A stretch of DNA of 39,269 bases from Gemmatimonadota bacterium (GTDB taxonomy: Bacteria > Gemmatimonadota > Gemmatimonadetes > Palauibacterales > Palauibacteraceae): NCBI GenBank assembly GCA_039656095.1, contig JBDHMQ010000006.1, positions 1 through 39,269 of the forward strand. The letters run 5' to 3'. Positions 17,775 through 26,140 of the stretch are shown one piece after another. Made by a program: the position numbers and the translations under genes. How positions within the stretch are numbered: position 1 is the first letter of the stretch; every line of letters starts with the position of its first letter. Under the pieces are notes generated by a model. It searched no databases. It had not been told where the DNA came from and worked only from the letters and a program-made list of their open reading frames with translations.

Positions 17775-18673
17775 GGGCCGGCGTCCTCTATTCTGATTCC
17801 AGCCATCGAGTGCCGCGCGTCGCCAACCACAAGAGTGGCGCGCACCGGAGCCATCCGATATCGGGAGCCGGAGGTGCTGATGGCGGAACGAGTCGGCGTC
17901 GAAGATTCGATTTCAATGGTCATTTCCTGATCTGTCATCTCAAGCGACCATCGAAATATGGTGCTGTCGGGGGAAGACAATGGTACCAGCAGAGCATCCG
18001 ACCACTCGATCCGTTCGCCGTCGAGCCACGCCCAGACACTGGCTGGTACGTCCGGAAGTGCTCGACCATGCAGGATAATCAGCCCGTTACCGAGTGTATC
18101 AGTCAGCACGAATGATTCTGAGAGCGTATCCGGCCGCGGCGTACCCAGAATTCTCGCACGTCGCTGCTGCAGGAGCAGACCCGGTTCGGCGCTGTCGCCG
18201 GTCAACAGTTCGGCGGACCGAAGCGTTTCACGCTGCCCGGTCGTACTGCTCCACGCGCTGATCGCATCCAGTGCATCAATCCTCAACTGCATGCTGTCGA
18301 GCGGAAGTACGAGGGACTCGATCTGAGCTCCTTCTCCCACACGGAGGCGGACAGGCCCGGCGGGAACCACACGCCAGGCCGCACGCGGCACCGGAAGCGT
18401 GTCACGCAGCGAAAGGATGGGCTTCCACTCGTCCGTCCCCGCGAGCCAGCCCTCATAGGACAGTGCCAGCTCACTTCCCTCCGATCGATTCTCGAACCGT
18501 ACGTGGAGGAGTGACGTCGGATCCTGAAATCCGACGAACGTCAAGCTGGTTAGATACGAAGCCCGAAACCGAGCCACACTGGTGTTGGAATCCGACCCGT
18601 TCGCCTGCTGATCATCGGCCCGGTCAATCGGAGAGCCACAGGCGGACAGCAGCAGAGAGCCGAGTAGTACCAT
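17771..18673 (-). CDS. Hypothetical lipoprotein
   Basis: The ATG at 18673 gives MVLLGSLLLSACGSP, a signal peptide plus lipobox. Its stop overlaps the DUF445 gene start (ATGA). The longest ORF (to 18940) would run into the divergent promoter region. Confidence 0.6.
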   Translation of the reverse strand: MVLLGSLLLSACGSPIDRADDQQANGSDSNTSVARFRASYLTSLTFVGFQDPTSLLHVRFENRSEGSELALSYEGWLAGTDEWKPILSLRDTLPVPRAAWRVVPAGPVRLRVGEGAQIESLVLPLDSMQLRIDALDAISAWSSTTGQRETLRSAELLTGDSAEPGLLLQQRRARILGTPRPDTLSESFVLTDTLGNGLIILHGRALPDVPASVWAWLDGERIEWSDALLVPLSSPDSTIFRWSLEMTDQEMTIEIESSTPTRSAISTSGSRYRMAPVRATLVVGDARHSMAGIRIEDAGP

Positions 18674-18815
18674 ACGGCGAATTGCGGTACGGCAGCTGAA
18701 GCATAAGCGTTGTGAGTTCACGGACCATAAGGTATCCGAACCTCTCGGACCTGTCACCGATAATGGTTGGCCGGTACCTTCCATTCTTTCCGAAAACATC
18801 TTCTGAGGACTTCGC

Positions 18816-20003
18816 ATGCGCCTCCATACGCAGATTACCATCGCTCTGATTCTGGGGCTGATGGTTGTGATACCGCTTGTATTCGCCAGCCTGATCGTCG
18901 GAACCGCGAGCCTGGGCGATATCACGAAGCTGGGCCGCATCGGCGGAAAAACCGTAGCCTATTATCTGGTGACGACGGCGATCGCTGTAAGCATAGGCTT
19001 GTTGGTCTCGAACTTGATCCAGCCGGGCAGCGGCATGAGTGAGGCGGCGCTGGCTGGGCTCCGCTCAACCTATGGGGCCGAGGGCGCAACGCGCGTCGAT
19101 CTGGCGCAGCAGGCCCCGAGCATGGTCGAGGTGCTGCTCGGGATGATCCCGCGCAATCCGGTCAAAGCGATGGCCGACGGCGACATGCTTCCGATCATCT
19201 TCTTCGCGATCTTCTTCGGTGCAGCCATTTCCGTCTTGCCGACGGAAAAACGTGACCCGCTCGTCGCGTTCTTTGACGGCGTCAACGAAGCTGCCATGGT
19301 AATGATCGCCTGGATCATGAAGCTGGCGCCGATCGCCGTGTTCGTATTGATCGCGGCGGTGATCGCACGATTCGGTACGGACATCATTGCCAGCCTGGGC
19401 ATCTACAGCCTGACCGTTATCCTTGGACTGCTGCTCCACGTCGGTATCACATACATGCTCATCTTGAAGTATCTGGCCGGCTGGCGTCCGCTCGACTTCC
19501 TCCGAAAGGTTCGCGATCCGCAGCTGATTGCGTTTTCCACCTCCAGTTCGAACGCCACACTTCCCCTGACCATGGAAACGGCCGAGGACGAGTTGGGTGT
19601 GAGCAAGGAAGTGTCGAGCTTCGTGCTGCCACTGGGTGCTACCATCAACATGGATGGTACCGCGCTCTATCAGGCCGTGGCGACGATGTTCATCATCCAG
19701 GTCCTGGTCGGTGATATCTCAATTGCCATGCAGCTGATGATCGTACTCACGGCGACCCTCGCGTCGATCGGTGCTGCCGGCGTTCCATCCGCCGGGATCA
19801 TCATTCTGGTATTGGTGCTGGAGCAGGCTCTGGCGGGAACCGGCGTGGACCCGGCAGCAGGAATCGCCCTGGTTCTGGGTGTGGACCGAATGCTGGACAT
19901 GTGTCGGACTGCGGTCAACGTCACGGGCGACCTGACCGCGTCTGCGGTCATCGACCGGTCAGAAAAACGGCGGGAGGCACGGCTGGCGGCGTCGCCCGGC
20001 TAG
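18816..20003 (+). CDS. Dicarboxylate/amino acid:cation symporter (DAACS, GltP/GltT-like), apparently missing about 35 N-terminal-region residues
   Basis: It has family motifs PLVFASLIVG, LGRIGGKT, MLPIIFFAIFFG, AFSTSSSNATLP, INMDGTALYQ, GAAGVP and GVDRMLDMCRTAVNVTGD. Confidence 0.8.
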   Translation: MRLHTQITIALILGLMVVIPLVFASLIVGTASLGDITKLGRIGGKTVAYYLVTTAIAVSIGLLVSNLIQPGSGMSEAALAGLRSTYGAEGATRVDLAQQAPSMVEVLLGMIPRNPVKAMADGDMLPIIFFAIFFGAAISVLPTEKRDPLVAFFDGVNEAAMVMIAWIMKLAPIAVFVLIAAVIARFGTDIIASLGIYSLTVILGLLLHVGITYMLILKYLAGWRPLDFLRKVRDPQLIAFSTSSSNATLPLTMETAEDELGVSKEVSSFVLPLGATINMDGTALYQAVATMFIIQVLVGDISIAMQLMIVLTATLASIGAAGVPSAGIIILVLVLEQALAGTGVDPAAGIALVLGVDRMLDMCRTAVNVTGDLTASAVIDRSEKRREARLAASPG

Positions 20004-20434
20004 CGCCGAATCCGATTGCCGGTTCCCAATCCTTCATCAAGGGCCCGGATGATCGAATTGACGCGACGCTGATTCGCGCCGAAATCACGGCGGCCCCCGC
20101 GGGCGCTGGAGCGCACGTCGACTCTGGTAAGTCCGTCCTCGTCCAGGCACACCCAGACGCTGAGGTCGTCGGTACCTGGAGGCATGAGACACCGGCATAC
20201 GATGGTGAACAGTCCGCGCTCTTCGTCAGCATGGACCAGTTCCCAGTTGCGGCGTGCCCTTATCTCGGCGTCGAGGAGGTCCCAGACAGCGGCAAACGGA
20301 GCTGCGTACGTCCTTCCGTCGGGTCCGGCCGGCGTACGGGTATCGATGACCTGCGGTCGGCCACCGTCCGGCAAACTGGTTTGTGACTCTCCGATCATCG
20401 CAGAACCCTGATTCATGGTGCTCGAGTTGGCCAA
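20000..20434 (-). CDS. DUF1499-like protein
   Basis: The block DDLSVWV...TRVDVRSSARGGRRDFGANQRRVNSIIRAL resembles the DUF1499 C-terminal signature. Confidence 0.55.
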   Translation of the reverse strand: MANSSTMNQGSAMIGESQTSLPDGGRPQVIDTRTPAGPDGRTYAAPFAAVWDLLDAEIRARRNWELVHADEERGLFTIVCRCLMPPGTDDLSVWVCLDEDGLTRVDVRSSARGGRRDFGANQRRVNSIIRALDEGLGTGNRIRR

Positions 20435-20535
20435 TTACCTTGCTGTATATGACTGTCCATGTCAGTTGCCGGGGTTCGGGGGGGCCGGTACGTTCCCGAA
20501 CAACGTCCCATTATCTGAACTCCTGCGAGTAGTCC

Positions 20536-21522
20536 ATGCAAGCCATACTTCCCCTGGCCGGGAAGGGCACGCGTCTGCGGCCACACACGCACACGCGACC
20601 GAAGCCCTTGTTACAGGTCGGCAACCGACCGGTTCTTGACCGGGTAATTGATCTGCTCACCGCGGCCGGTGTCGATGAAATCATCGGGATCATGGGCCAC
20701 TTGTCCAGCAGCATAGAGGAACACCTGGCCGAGCATCATCCGGATCTAGGGTTCATCCCCGTAGAACAGACCGAGCAGCTGGGTACTGCCGACGCAATCC
20801 GATTGGCTCGCCCCCATGTTTCCGGTCCTGTGCTGATCGTATTCGTCGACACGTTGTTCGAGGCGGATCTCGGTCTGATCGAGACGCGGTCGGATGCTGA
20901 TGGAATCATCTGGGCCAAGGAAGTCGAAGACTACCAGCGGTTTGGCGTGATCGTGAAGGATGACGACGGGTTCATGCAGCAGATTGTTGAGAAGCCGTCG
21001 GAACCGATCTCCCGCCTCGCCAATATTGGCCTCTACTACATGCGTGACCACGCTCTGCTGTTTGAGGGAATCGATCATGTGATGGCGCAGCCTCCGAAGC
21101 TCGGCGAGTATTTTCTCACCGACGCTTTTCAGTACATGGTGGATCACGGATCGCGAATTCTGACGGCAGAGGTCGCACAATGGTGGGACTGCGGGAAGCT
21201 GGAGACGTTACTCGAAACAAACGACCGTATCTTACAGAGTGGCGGGGGTCGGCCACCGAAGAGCGGTGCGGACGTCGAAGTCACCGGTGAGGTGTGCATC
21301 GGCGACGATGTGAGCTTTGAGAGAGCGGTCATCGGTCCCAACGTGAGCATTGGATCCGGAAGCACGATCCGCGGGACGCATGTGAGCCACTGCATTATCG
21401 GAGAGAATACGATCCTCGAAAATTGTGACCTTCAGCACTCGCTGATTGGCGATAATGTTGAGGCCAGTGGTCTGCGCGGAAGTGCATCGCTCGGCGACCA
21501 CACGCAGATTCGAGCGGAATGA
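20536..21522 (+). CDS. Sugar-phosphate nucleotidyltransferase with C-terminal left-handed beta-helix (hexapeptide) domain
   Basis: The N-terminus reads LPLAGKGTRLRP...PKPLL (NTP_transferase G-x-G-T-R). The C-terminus has hexapeptide-like repeats (IGDDVSFERAVIGPNVSIGSGSTI...). Confidence 0.8.
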   Translation: MQAILPLAGKGTRLRPHTHTRPKPLLQVGNRPVLDRVIDLLTAAGVDEIIGIMGHLSSSIEEHLAEHHPDLGFIPVEQTEQLGTADAIRLARPHVSGPVLIVFVDTLFEADLGLIETRSDADGIIWAKEVEDYQRFGVIVKDDDGFMQQIVEKPSEPISRLANIGLYYMRDHALLFEGIDHVMAQPPKLGEYFLTDAFQYMVDHGSRILTAEVAQWWDCGKLETLLETNDRILQSGGGRPPKSGADVEVTGEVCIGDDVSFERAVIGPNVSIGSGSTIRGTHVSHCIIGENTILENCDLQHSLIGDNVEASGLRGSASLGDHTQIRAE

Positions 21523-22772
21523 CGGTGGATCCACAGCCTCGCGCGGATTCGAAAGATCTGATTCACGACTGGAATCGCCTTCCGGGCTGCTTTGCCTACG
21601 AAGAACTCACCGTCGAGCTCGACGATGAGACTCTGCGCGACGGACTCCAGAATCCTTCGGTAATAGACCCACCGATCGATCGGAAAATCGAGTTACTGCA
21701 TCTGATGGTTGAGCTCGGGATCCATTCCGCAGACATCGGTTTGCCTGGGGCCGGGCCTCGTGCCCGGGAGTCGTGCCTGGCTCTGGCTCGTGAGATTGTG
21801 GACAACGATCTACCGATTGCCGCCAACTGCGCGGCACGTACGGTGATTGCGGACCTTGAGCCGATCGCACGGCTTTCCCAACAAACGGGTCTTCGGCTGG
21901 AGGTCGGGGCATTCATTGGCTGTTCGCCGATCCGCAAGTACGCGGAAGGCTGGAGCGACGAAATGATGCTTCGCACCACGACAGAAGCCGTAGAATTTGC
22001 CGTGGGCGAAGGTCTGGATGTGATGTACGTGACGGAGGACACGACACGTTCGCGGCCAGAGACGCTCGAAGTGCTCTATCTGGCAGCGATTGAGGCGGGC
22101 GCCAGCCGTATTTGTCTCGCGGACACCGTCGGACACGCCACGCCGTTCGGCGTACGGCAGCTAGTCGGTTTCGCGAAGAATCTCGTCGCCAAATCCGGCG
22201 AGGACGTGAAGATTGACTGGCACGGCCATCGCGACCGTGGTCTTGGAATGCCCAATGCGCTGGCCGCCATCGAACAGGGTGTCGATCGGGTGCACGGAAC
22301 GGCGCTTGGTATCGGAGAGCGGGTCGGCAATACGGAGATGGACTTGTTGCTCGTGAACCTCCACCTGCTCGGTATGCACGACCATGACCTCACGTCGCTG
22401 CCCAGGTATTGCAAGCTGGCCGCGGAGATGTGCGGCCTCGACATACCACATGCGTATCCTGTAGTCGGGCGCGATGCGTTTCGGACTGGAACGGGCGTGC
22501 ATGCGTCGGCAATCATCAAAGCGATCGAGATGGGCGACGAGTGGCTCGTAGACTGGGTGTACAGTGGCGTGCCCGCGTCGCTGGTCGGTTGTGAGCAGAC
22601 AATTGAAGTCTCTCCGGTTTCCGGGATGAGCAACGTGCGCTACTGGCTGAATCAGCACGGGTATGACGGGTCCGACGACGATCTGGCACAATCTGTGTTC
22701 GCACTTGCCAAGCAAAGCGACCATACCCTTACCGCTAATGAGATCGAAGCGGTGATCGGTTCCCCGACGTGA
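21519..22772 (+). CDS. HMGL-like aldolase of the 2-isopropylmalate/homocitrate/citramalate synthase family, without an obvious LeuA regulatory domain
   Basis: It has DETLRDGLQN, a TIM-barrel pattern, ADTVGHATP and HGHRDRGLGMPNALAAIEQGVDRVHGT motifs. It is only 417 aa. ATGA overlap with the upstream gene. Confidence 0.8.
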   Translation: MTVDPQPRADSKDLIHDWNRLPGCFAYEELTVELDDETLRDGLQNPSVIDPPIDRKIELLHLMVELGIHSADIGLPGAGPRARESCLALAREIVDNDLPIAANCAARTVIADLEPIARLSQQTGLRLEVGAFIGCSPIRKYAEGWSDEMMLRTTTEAVEFAVGEGLDVMYVTEDTTRSRPETLEVLYLAAIEAGASRICLADTVGHATPFGVRQLVGFAKNLVAKSGEDVKIDWHGHRDRGLGMPNALAAIEQGVDRVHGTALGIGERVGNTEMDLLLVNLHLLGMHDHDLTSLPRYCKLAAEMCGLDIPHAYPVVGRDAFRTGTGVHASAIIKAIEMGDEWLVDWVYSGVPASLVGCEQTIEVSPVSGMSNVRYWLNQHGYDGSDDDLAQSVFALAKQSDHTLTANEIEAVIGSPT

Positions 22773-22945
22773 TTGCGAAGTTGGTGGGTTTAGCGCTGCA
22801 GTTTGTCGGCCTGGCCCTGGCATTCTCTTCGCTGAGTCTGGCAGCGTCCGGACGATCGTTGACGGCATGGCTGGCGGTGATTGCCGGCGTCATCACATTC
22901 TTGCTCGGTCATCGCCTTCTGCGGGCTGCCGCATCCCGACCGTGA
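22769..22945 (+). CDS. Unlisted 58-aa two-TM hydrophobic small ORF
   Basis: It falls below the ORF-track length cut-off. The translation is (V/M)IAKLVGLALQFVGLALAFSSLSLAASGRSLTAWLAVIAGVITFLLGHRLLRAAASRP. GTGA overlaps occur at both ends (22769-72 and 22942-45). Its third-position GC is higher than that of the competing frame. Confidence 0.45.
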   Translation: MIAKLVGLALQFVGLALAFSSLSLAASGRSLTAWLAVIAGVITFLLGHRLLRAAASRP

Positions 22946-23712
22946 GCCGCGTCATCGCCCACCGGGGTGCATCAGCAGAAGCTCCCGAAAATTCCATGCC
23001 CGCGCTGGAACTCGGAATGAAACTGGGGGCGGATGCGATTGAGTTGGATGTCCGTCGCTCGGCGGACGGTGTTCTGGTTGTAATCCATGACGCGTCACTC
23101 GATCGAACGACCGATAGGTCGGGCGAGATTGCCCGGCTCACGATGGCCGAAATCCGGGAGGCAAACCTGGGGGCTGCATCGGACCCGTTGCTGCCGCGAC
23201 TCGAACACCATTCAGCGGTCCCTGAATTGCGTGATGTATTTTTGCGGTTTCCAGGCACCGAGATTACGGTCGATGTCAAAGATCCAGCAGCGGCTGATGA
23301 TGTCGTGGCATTGATCCGGGAGTTCGACCGGGTCGAGCAGACGATTCTGTACCTTGAGGACGGTACGGACACCGGAGTGTTCAAAGCGTACGAAGGACGT
23401 CGCGCAACGTCTACGCGGCAGGCGTTGCGCCTGGCACTGGATCGTCGCTGGATGAGCCGGGCGGAACAACGGGCCGTGCCTGAAGTCGTGCATGCCCCGA
23501 TGAGACGCTGGGGCATCAAGATTGTGACACAACAGTTGGTCCGGCGTGTACACGACGCAGGCCGGACTATTCAGGTCTGGACGATTAACGAATCGTCGGA
23601 AGCAAGCAGGCTCGCTGCCTGGAATGTGGACGGGATCATCACGGATGATGTTCGCGGAATGAGGGCCACGTTTCAAATTAACCCTCCGGCAATTGAGAGT
23701 GAGGCGGAGTGA
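22942..23712 (+). CDS. Glycerophosphodiester phosphodiesterase (GDPD family)
   Basis: VIAHRGASAEAPENSMPALELGMKLGADAIELDVRRSADGVLVVIHD is the classic GDPD N-terminus. The GTG at 22942 is preferred, and the ATG at 22867 is the alternative. Confidence 0.85.
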   Translation: MSRVIAHRGASAEAPENSMPALELGMKLGADAIELDVRRSADGVLVVIHDASLDRTTDRSGEIARLTMAEIREANLGAASDPLLPRLEHHSAVPELRDVFLRFPGTEITVDVKDPAAADDVVALIREFDRVEQTILYLEDGTDTGVFKAYEGRRATSTRQALRLALDRRWMSRAEQRAVPEVVHAPMRRWGIKIVTQQLVRRVHDAGRTIQVWTINESSEASRLAAWNVDGIITDDVRGMRATFQINPPAIESEAE

Positions 23713-24368
23713 CATTACGCCTGAGCACCCTGTTGGGATTACTGCTGATCGGAGCCACACCAGGTTCAGCACAGGACTCGCGCGTGGGATTTCCATTTGG
23801 GTCTGTCGTCGTCGTGCTTCCAGCGCAGGCGACGGAGCCGTTGCCCGGAGGAGCCTGGCCGGGTCGTGCGGCAACCGCCGAGGAGGCACTCCGAACCCTG
23901 GATGCCGAGCTGGAGTTCGCACTATCAGATCGGCGTGGCGCGGAAAACTGGGCGATGCCATCCGAGCTACGGCGGCGAGTAGAGCGGAACCCGATCCTGG
24001 CCGTAAATCCGGACCGATTGGCTTTTCAGGGGCTCCTGAAGCGACCCGATCCACGCGATCAGATTTACGAACCGCTGCACGGAGAACTGCGGACGCTGGC
24101 AGCGTTGTTCGGAACGCGCTACCTGATGCTGCCATTGGTGCTTCAGGTGGAGCAGGTTTCGCCGGCTGAGCCGGATGAGCCGGATGACGGCCTGGCCTGC
24201 CTCAACGATGAACCCGGACATCGAGCGGTTCTGCTCGTCGCCTTTATCGACATTCGCCGTAGTGCTGTGATATGGCATGGAACTGTCCGCGGCGCCGCTG
24301 TTTGTCCCGAATCAGGTGCTTTGCTGGCCAGCCTGGCAACCATAATTGCAAGAGAGATCGTTAATTGA
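23709..24368 (+). CDS. Hypothetical secreted protein
   Basis: It has the signal peptide MTLRLSTLLGLLLIGATPGSAQD. Its GTG start overlaps the GDPD stop (GTGA). Confidence 0.55.
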   Translation: MTLRLSTLLGLLLIGATPGSAQDSRVGFPFGSVVVVLPAQATEPLPGGAWPGRAATAEEALRTLDAELEFALSDRRGAENWAMPSELRRRVERNPILAVNPDRLAFQGLLKRPDPRDQIYEPLHGELRTLAALFGTRYLMLPLVLQVEQVSPAEPDEPDDGLACLNDEPGHRAVLLVAFIDIRRSAVIWHGTVRGAAVCPESGALLASLATIIAREIVN

Positions 24369-24868
24369 TGAGAGTTTTCTATACCTTGATGCTGGGAGGA
24401 GTTCTCCTCGGCGCGACAGGTTGCGAGCCGGCAGCTGATTCTCGCCTCCCAACGTCGGCCGAACTGGCTGGACTGTTCGGAGACGGCATCGATCTTCGCC
24501 TTAACGGCAACGTCGTAGAGGTTCAGGTGGCTCAGAGTCCCGAGCAGCTCAGACGCGGCGGTCCGATCTGGGCGAAAGCGGGACCCTATATCTACATATT
24601 CACGCCTCAAACTCAGTCCATATTCGTCAATTATGGCGGCGTGGGAGGTGTTCGAGTTACAACACTCGATGGCCGGGACCGGCTGATCGCTCGAGCTCTC
24701 CTGCAGCGCTCGAGGTTGAATAGCGTGACCTGGAAGCGGGCAATCAACGTGTCTGGCCGAGCCCGGGTGGAGGGCACGTCTCGCCCCAATACGATGGTAG
24801 ACCTCATCGAGTATGGTGAAGAAAACACTGAGTTTGAGTACAGTGCCCGTTATGTGAGAACGAATTGA
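24368..24868 (+). CDS. Hypothetical lipoprotein
   Basis: MRVFYTLMLGGVLLGATGC provides a signal peptide and lipobox. Its start overlaps the upstream stop (TGATG). Confidence 0.55.
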   Translation: MRVFYTLMLGGVLLGATGCEPAADSRLPTSAELAGLFGDGIDLRLNGNVVEVQVAQSPEQLRRGGPIWAKAGPYIYIFTPQTQSIFVNYGGVGGVRVTTLDGRDRLIARALLQRSRLNSVTWKRAINVSGRARVEGTSRPNTMVDLIEYGEENTEFEYSARYVRTN

Positions 24869-24889
24869 CAGGATACTAACAGGATTCTA

Positions 24890-25906
24890 ATGATCCATAC
24901 TGTGACCCTGATTCCGGGCGACGGGATCGGACCCGACATTACCGAGGCTGTGCTCCACGTGTTGGAAGCGGCAGAAGTGCCGATCGAATGGGATCGCCAC
25001 CTTGCCGGGTTGGGTGCGCTCGATGCTGGCCTGGACTTGTTGCCGCAGGAGACCCTCGATTCGATCGAGCGAAATCGATTCGCCCTCAAGGGTCCACTCA
25101 CCACGCCCATCGGAGCTGGATTTCGATCGATTAACGTGGCCCTTCGCAAGCATTTCGACCTGTTCGCCAACGTACGTCCGGCGCGGACAATCGTGCCTGG
25201 TGGCAGGTACGAAGACATTGATTTGGTGATTGTGCGCGAGAATACTGAGGGCCTGTACGCGGGCATCGAGCACTACATCGGAATGGGGAATGATCCGAAA
25301 GCCGGCGCCGAGTCGGTGATGCTGATTACTCGCTATGGGTCGGAACGTATCGTTCGGCATGCGTTTGAGTACGCGGTCGAACATGGCCGCAAGAAGGTAA
25401 CCCTGGTGCACAAGGCGAACATCCTCAAGTGCACACAGGGCCTGTTTCTCGAAGTCGGCCGCGAAGTCGCTCGGCATTATCGGGACGCGATTGAATTTGA
25501 GGAGCGGATCGTAGATGCTACAGCCATGGCCCTCGTTCTTGATCCGTACCAGTTTGATGTGATCGTGACCGAGAATATGTTCGGTGACATTTTATCGGAT
25601 CAGGCGGCAGGACTGGTCGGAGGACTGGGATTTGCGCCAGGTGCCAATATCGGAAGGAACACAGCGATATTTGAAGCCGTGCATGGCTCGGCGCCTGATA
25701 TCGCAGGCCGGAACATCGCAAATCCATGCGGACTTCTGCTGGCGGCTTGTCTGATGCTCGACCATCTCGGTCTTCCGGATACGGGACACCGCATCTGGGA
25801 GGCACTGCATCGCACGGTAATCGAGGCGAAAGCTGTAACGCCGGACCTGGGTGGGACAGCCGGAACCAATGAATTTGCCGCCGCGATCGCGGCTAACCTG
25901 GGCTGA
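24890..25906 (+). CDS. Isocitrate/isopropylmalate dehydrogenase family protein, NAD-IDH (IDH3)/homoisocitrate-dehydrogenase-like
   Basis: 338 aa with [53 protein letters not shown] and HGSAPDIAG motifs. Confidence 0.85.
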   Translation: MIHTVTLIPGDGIGPDITEAVLHVLEAAEVPIEWDRHLAGLGALDAGLDLLPQETLDSIERNRFALKGPLTTPIGAGFRSINVALRKHFDLFANVRPARTIVPGGRYEDIDLVIVRENTEGLYAGIEHYIGMGNDPKAGAESVMLITRYGSERIVRHAFEYAVEHGRKKVTLVHKANILKCTQGLFLEVGREVARHYRDAIEFEERIVDATAMALVLDPYQFDVIVTENMFGDILSDQAAGLVGGLGFAPGANIGRNTAIFEAVHGSAPDIAGRNIANPCGLLLAACLMLDHLGLPDTGHRIWEALHRTVIEAKAVTPDLGGTAGTNEFAAAIAANLG

Positions 25907-25909
25907 CTG

Positions 25910-26140
25910 ATGCGCTGGATTCCCCATGTCATCGCGCTGGCTATCACGGTACCGTTCGCCATCTGGATACTGGTCGGAGATACCCGAGGTGTTCTGCCCA
26001 CGGGCGCGTGGGTGATGCCCCTGGCCGCGGCATACTATCTGGGTCTCCGTGTGGGCCGTGAAGTAACAAAGGGAGTTCGACGGGCACGCGGTCAATCTGA
26101 AGATAGCTGGAATGTCAGAAAGAACGGAGACGGTAGATGA
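25910..26140 (+). CDS. Small hypothetical membrane protein (2 TM)
   Basis: 76 aa with helices VIALAITVPFAIWILVG and AWVMPLAAAYYLGL. It is tightly packed between its neighbours, with an ATGA overlap onto gcdH. Confidence 0.4.
   Translation: MRWIPHVIALAITVPFAIWILVGDTRGVLPTGAWVMPLAAAYYLGLRVGREVTKGVRRARGQSEDSWNVRKNGDGR

Noticed and set aside
17771-18940. Full 389-aa ORF for the lipoprotein gene.
   Set aside because: The first 89 codons (MRPSFVISPRLAV...) lack signal features and would occupy the divergent promoter region of the GltP-like gene. The internal ATG at 18673 yields a textbook lipoprotein signal peptide, so I chose the shorter model.
20435-20535. Possible operator palindrome (TGACTGTCCATGTCAGT) in the divergent spacer before the nucleotidyltransferase cluster.
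   Set aside because: On checking the reverse complement it is not a true inverted repeat. Only a weak 7-bp stem (GTTCGGG/CCCGAAC) is present nearby, which is not enough to call a regulatory site.
22867-22941. ATG-22867 N-terminal extension of the GDPD gene.
   Set aside because: The extension has low third-position GC and an implausible sequence, and it overlaps a better-looking 58-aa membrane ORF in another frame. The GDPD family N-terminus begins right at the GTG-22942 model. I keep it only as an alternative.
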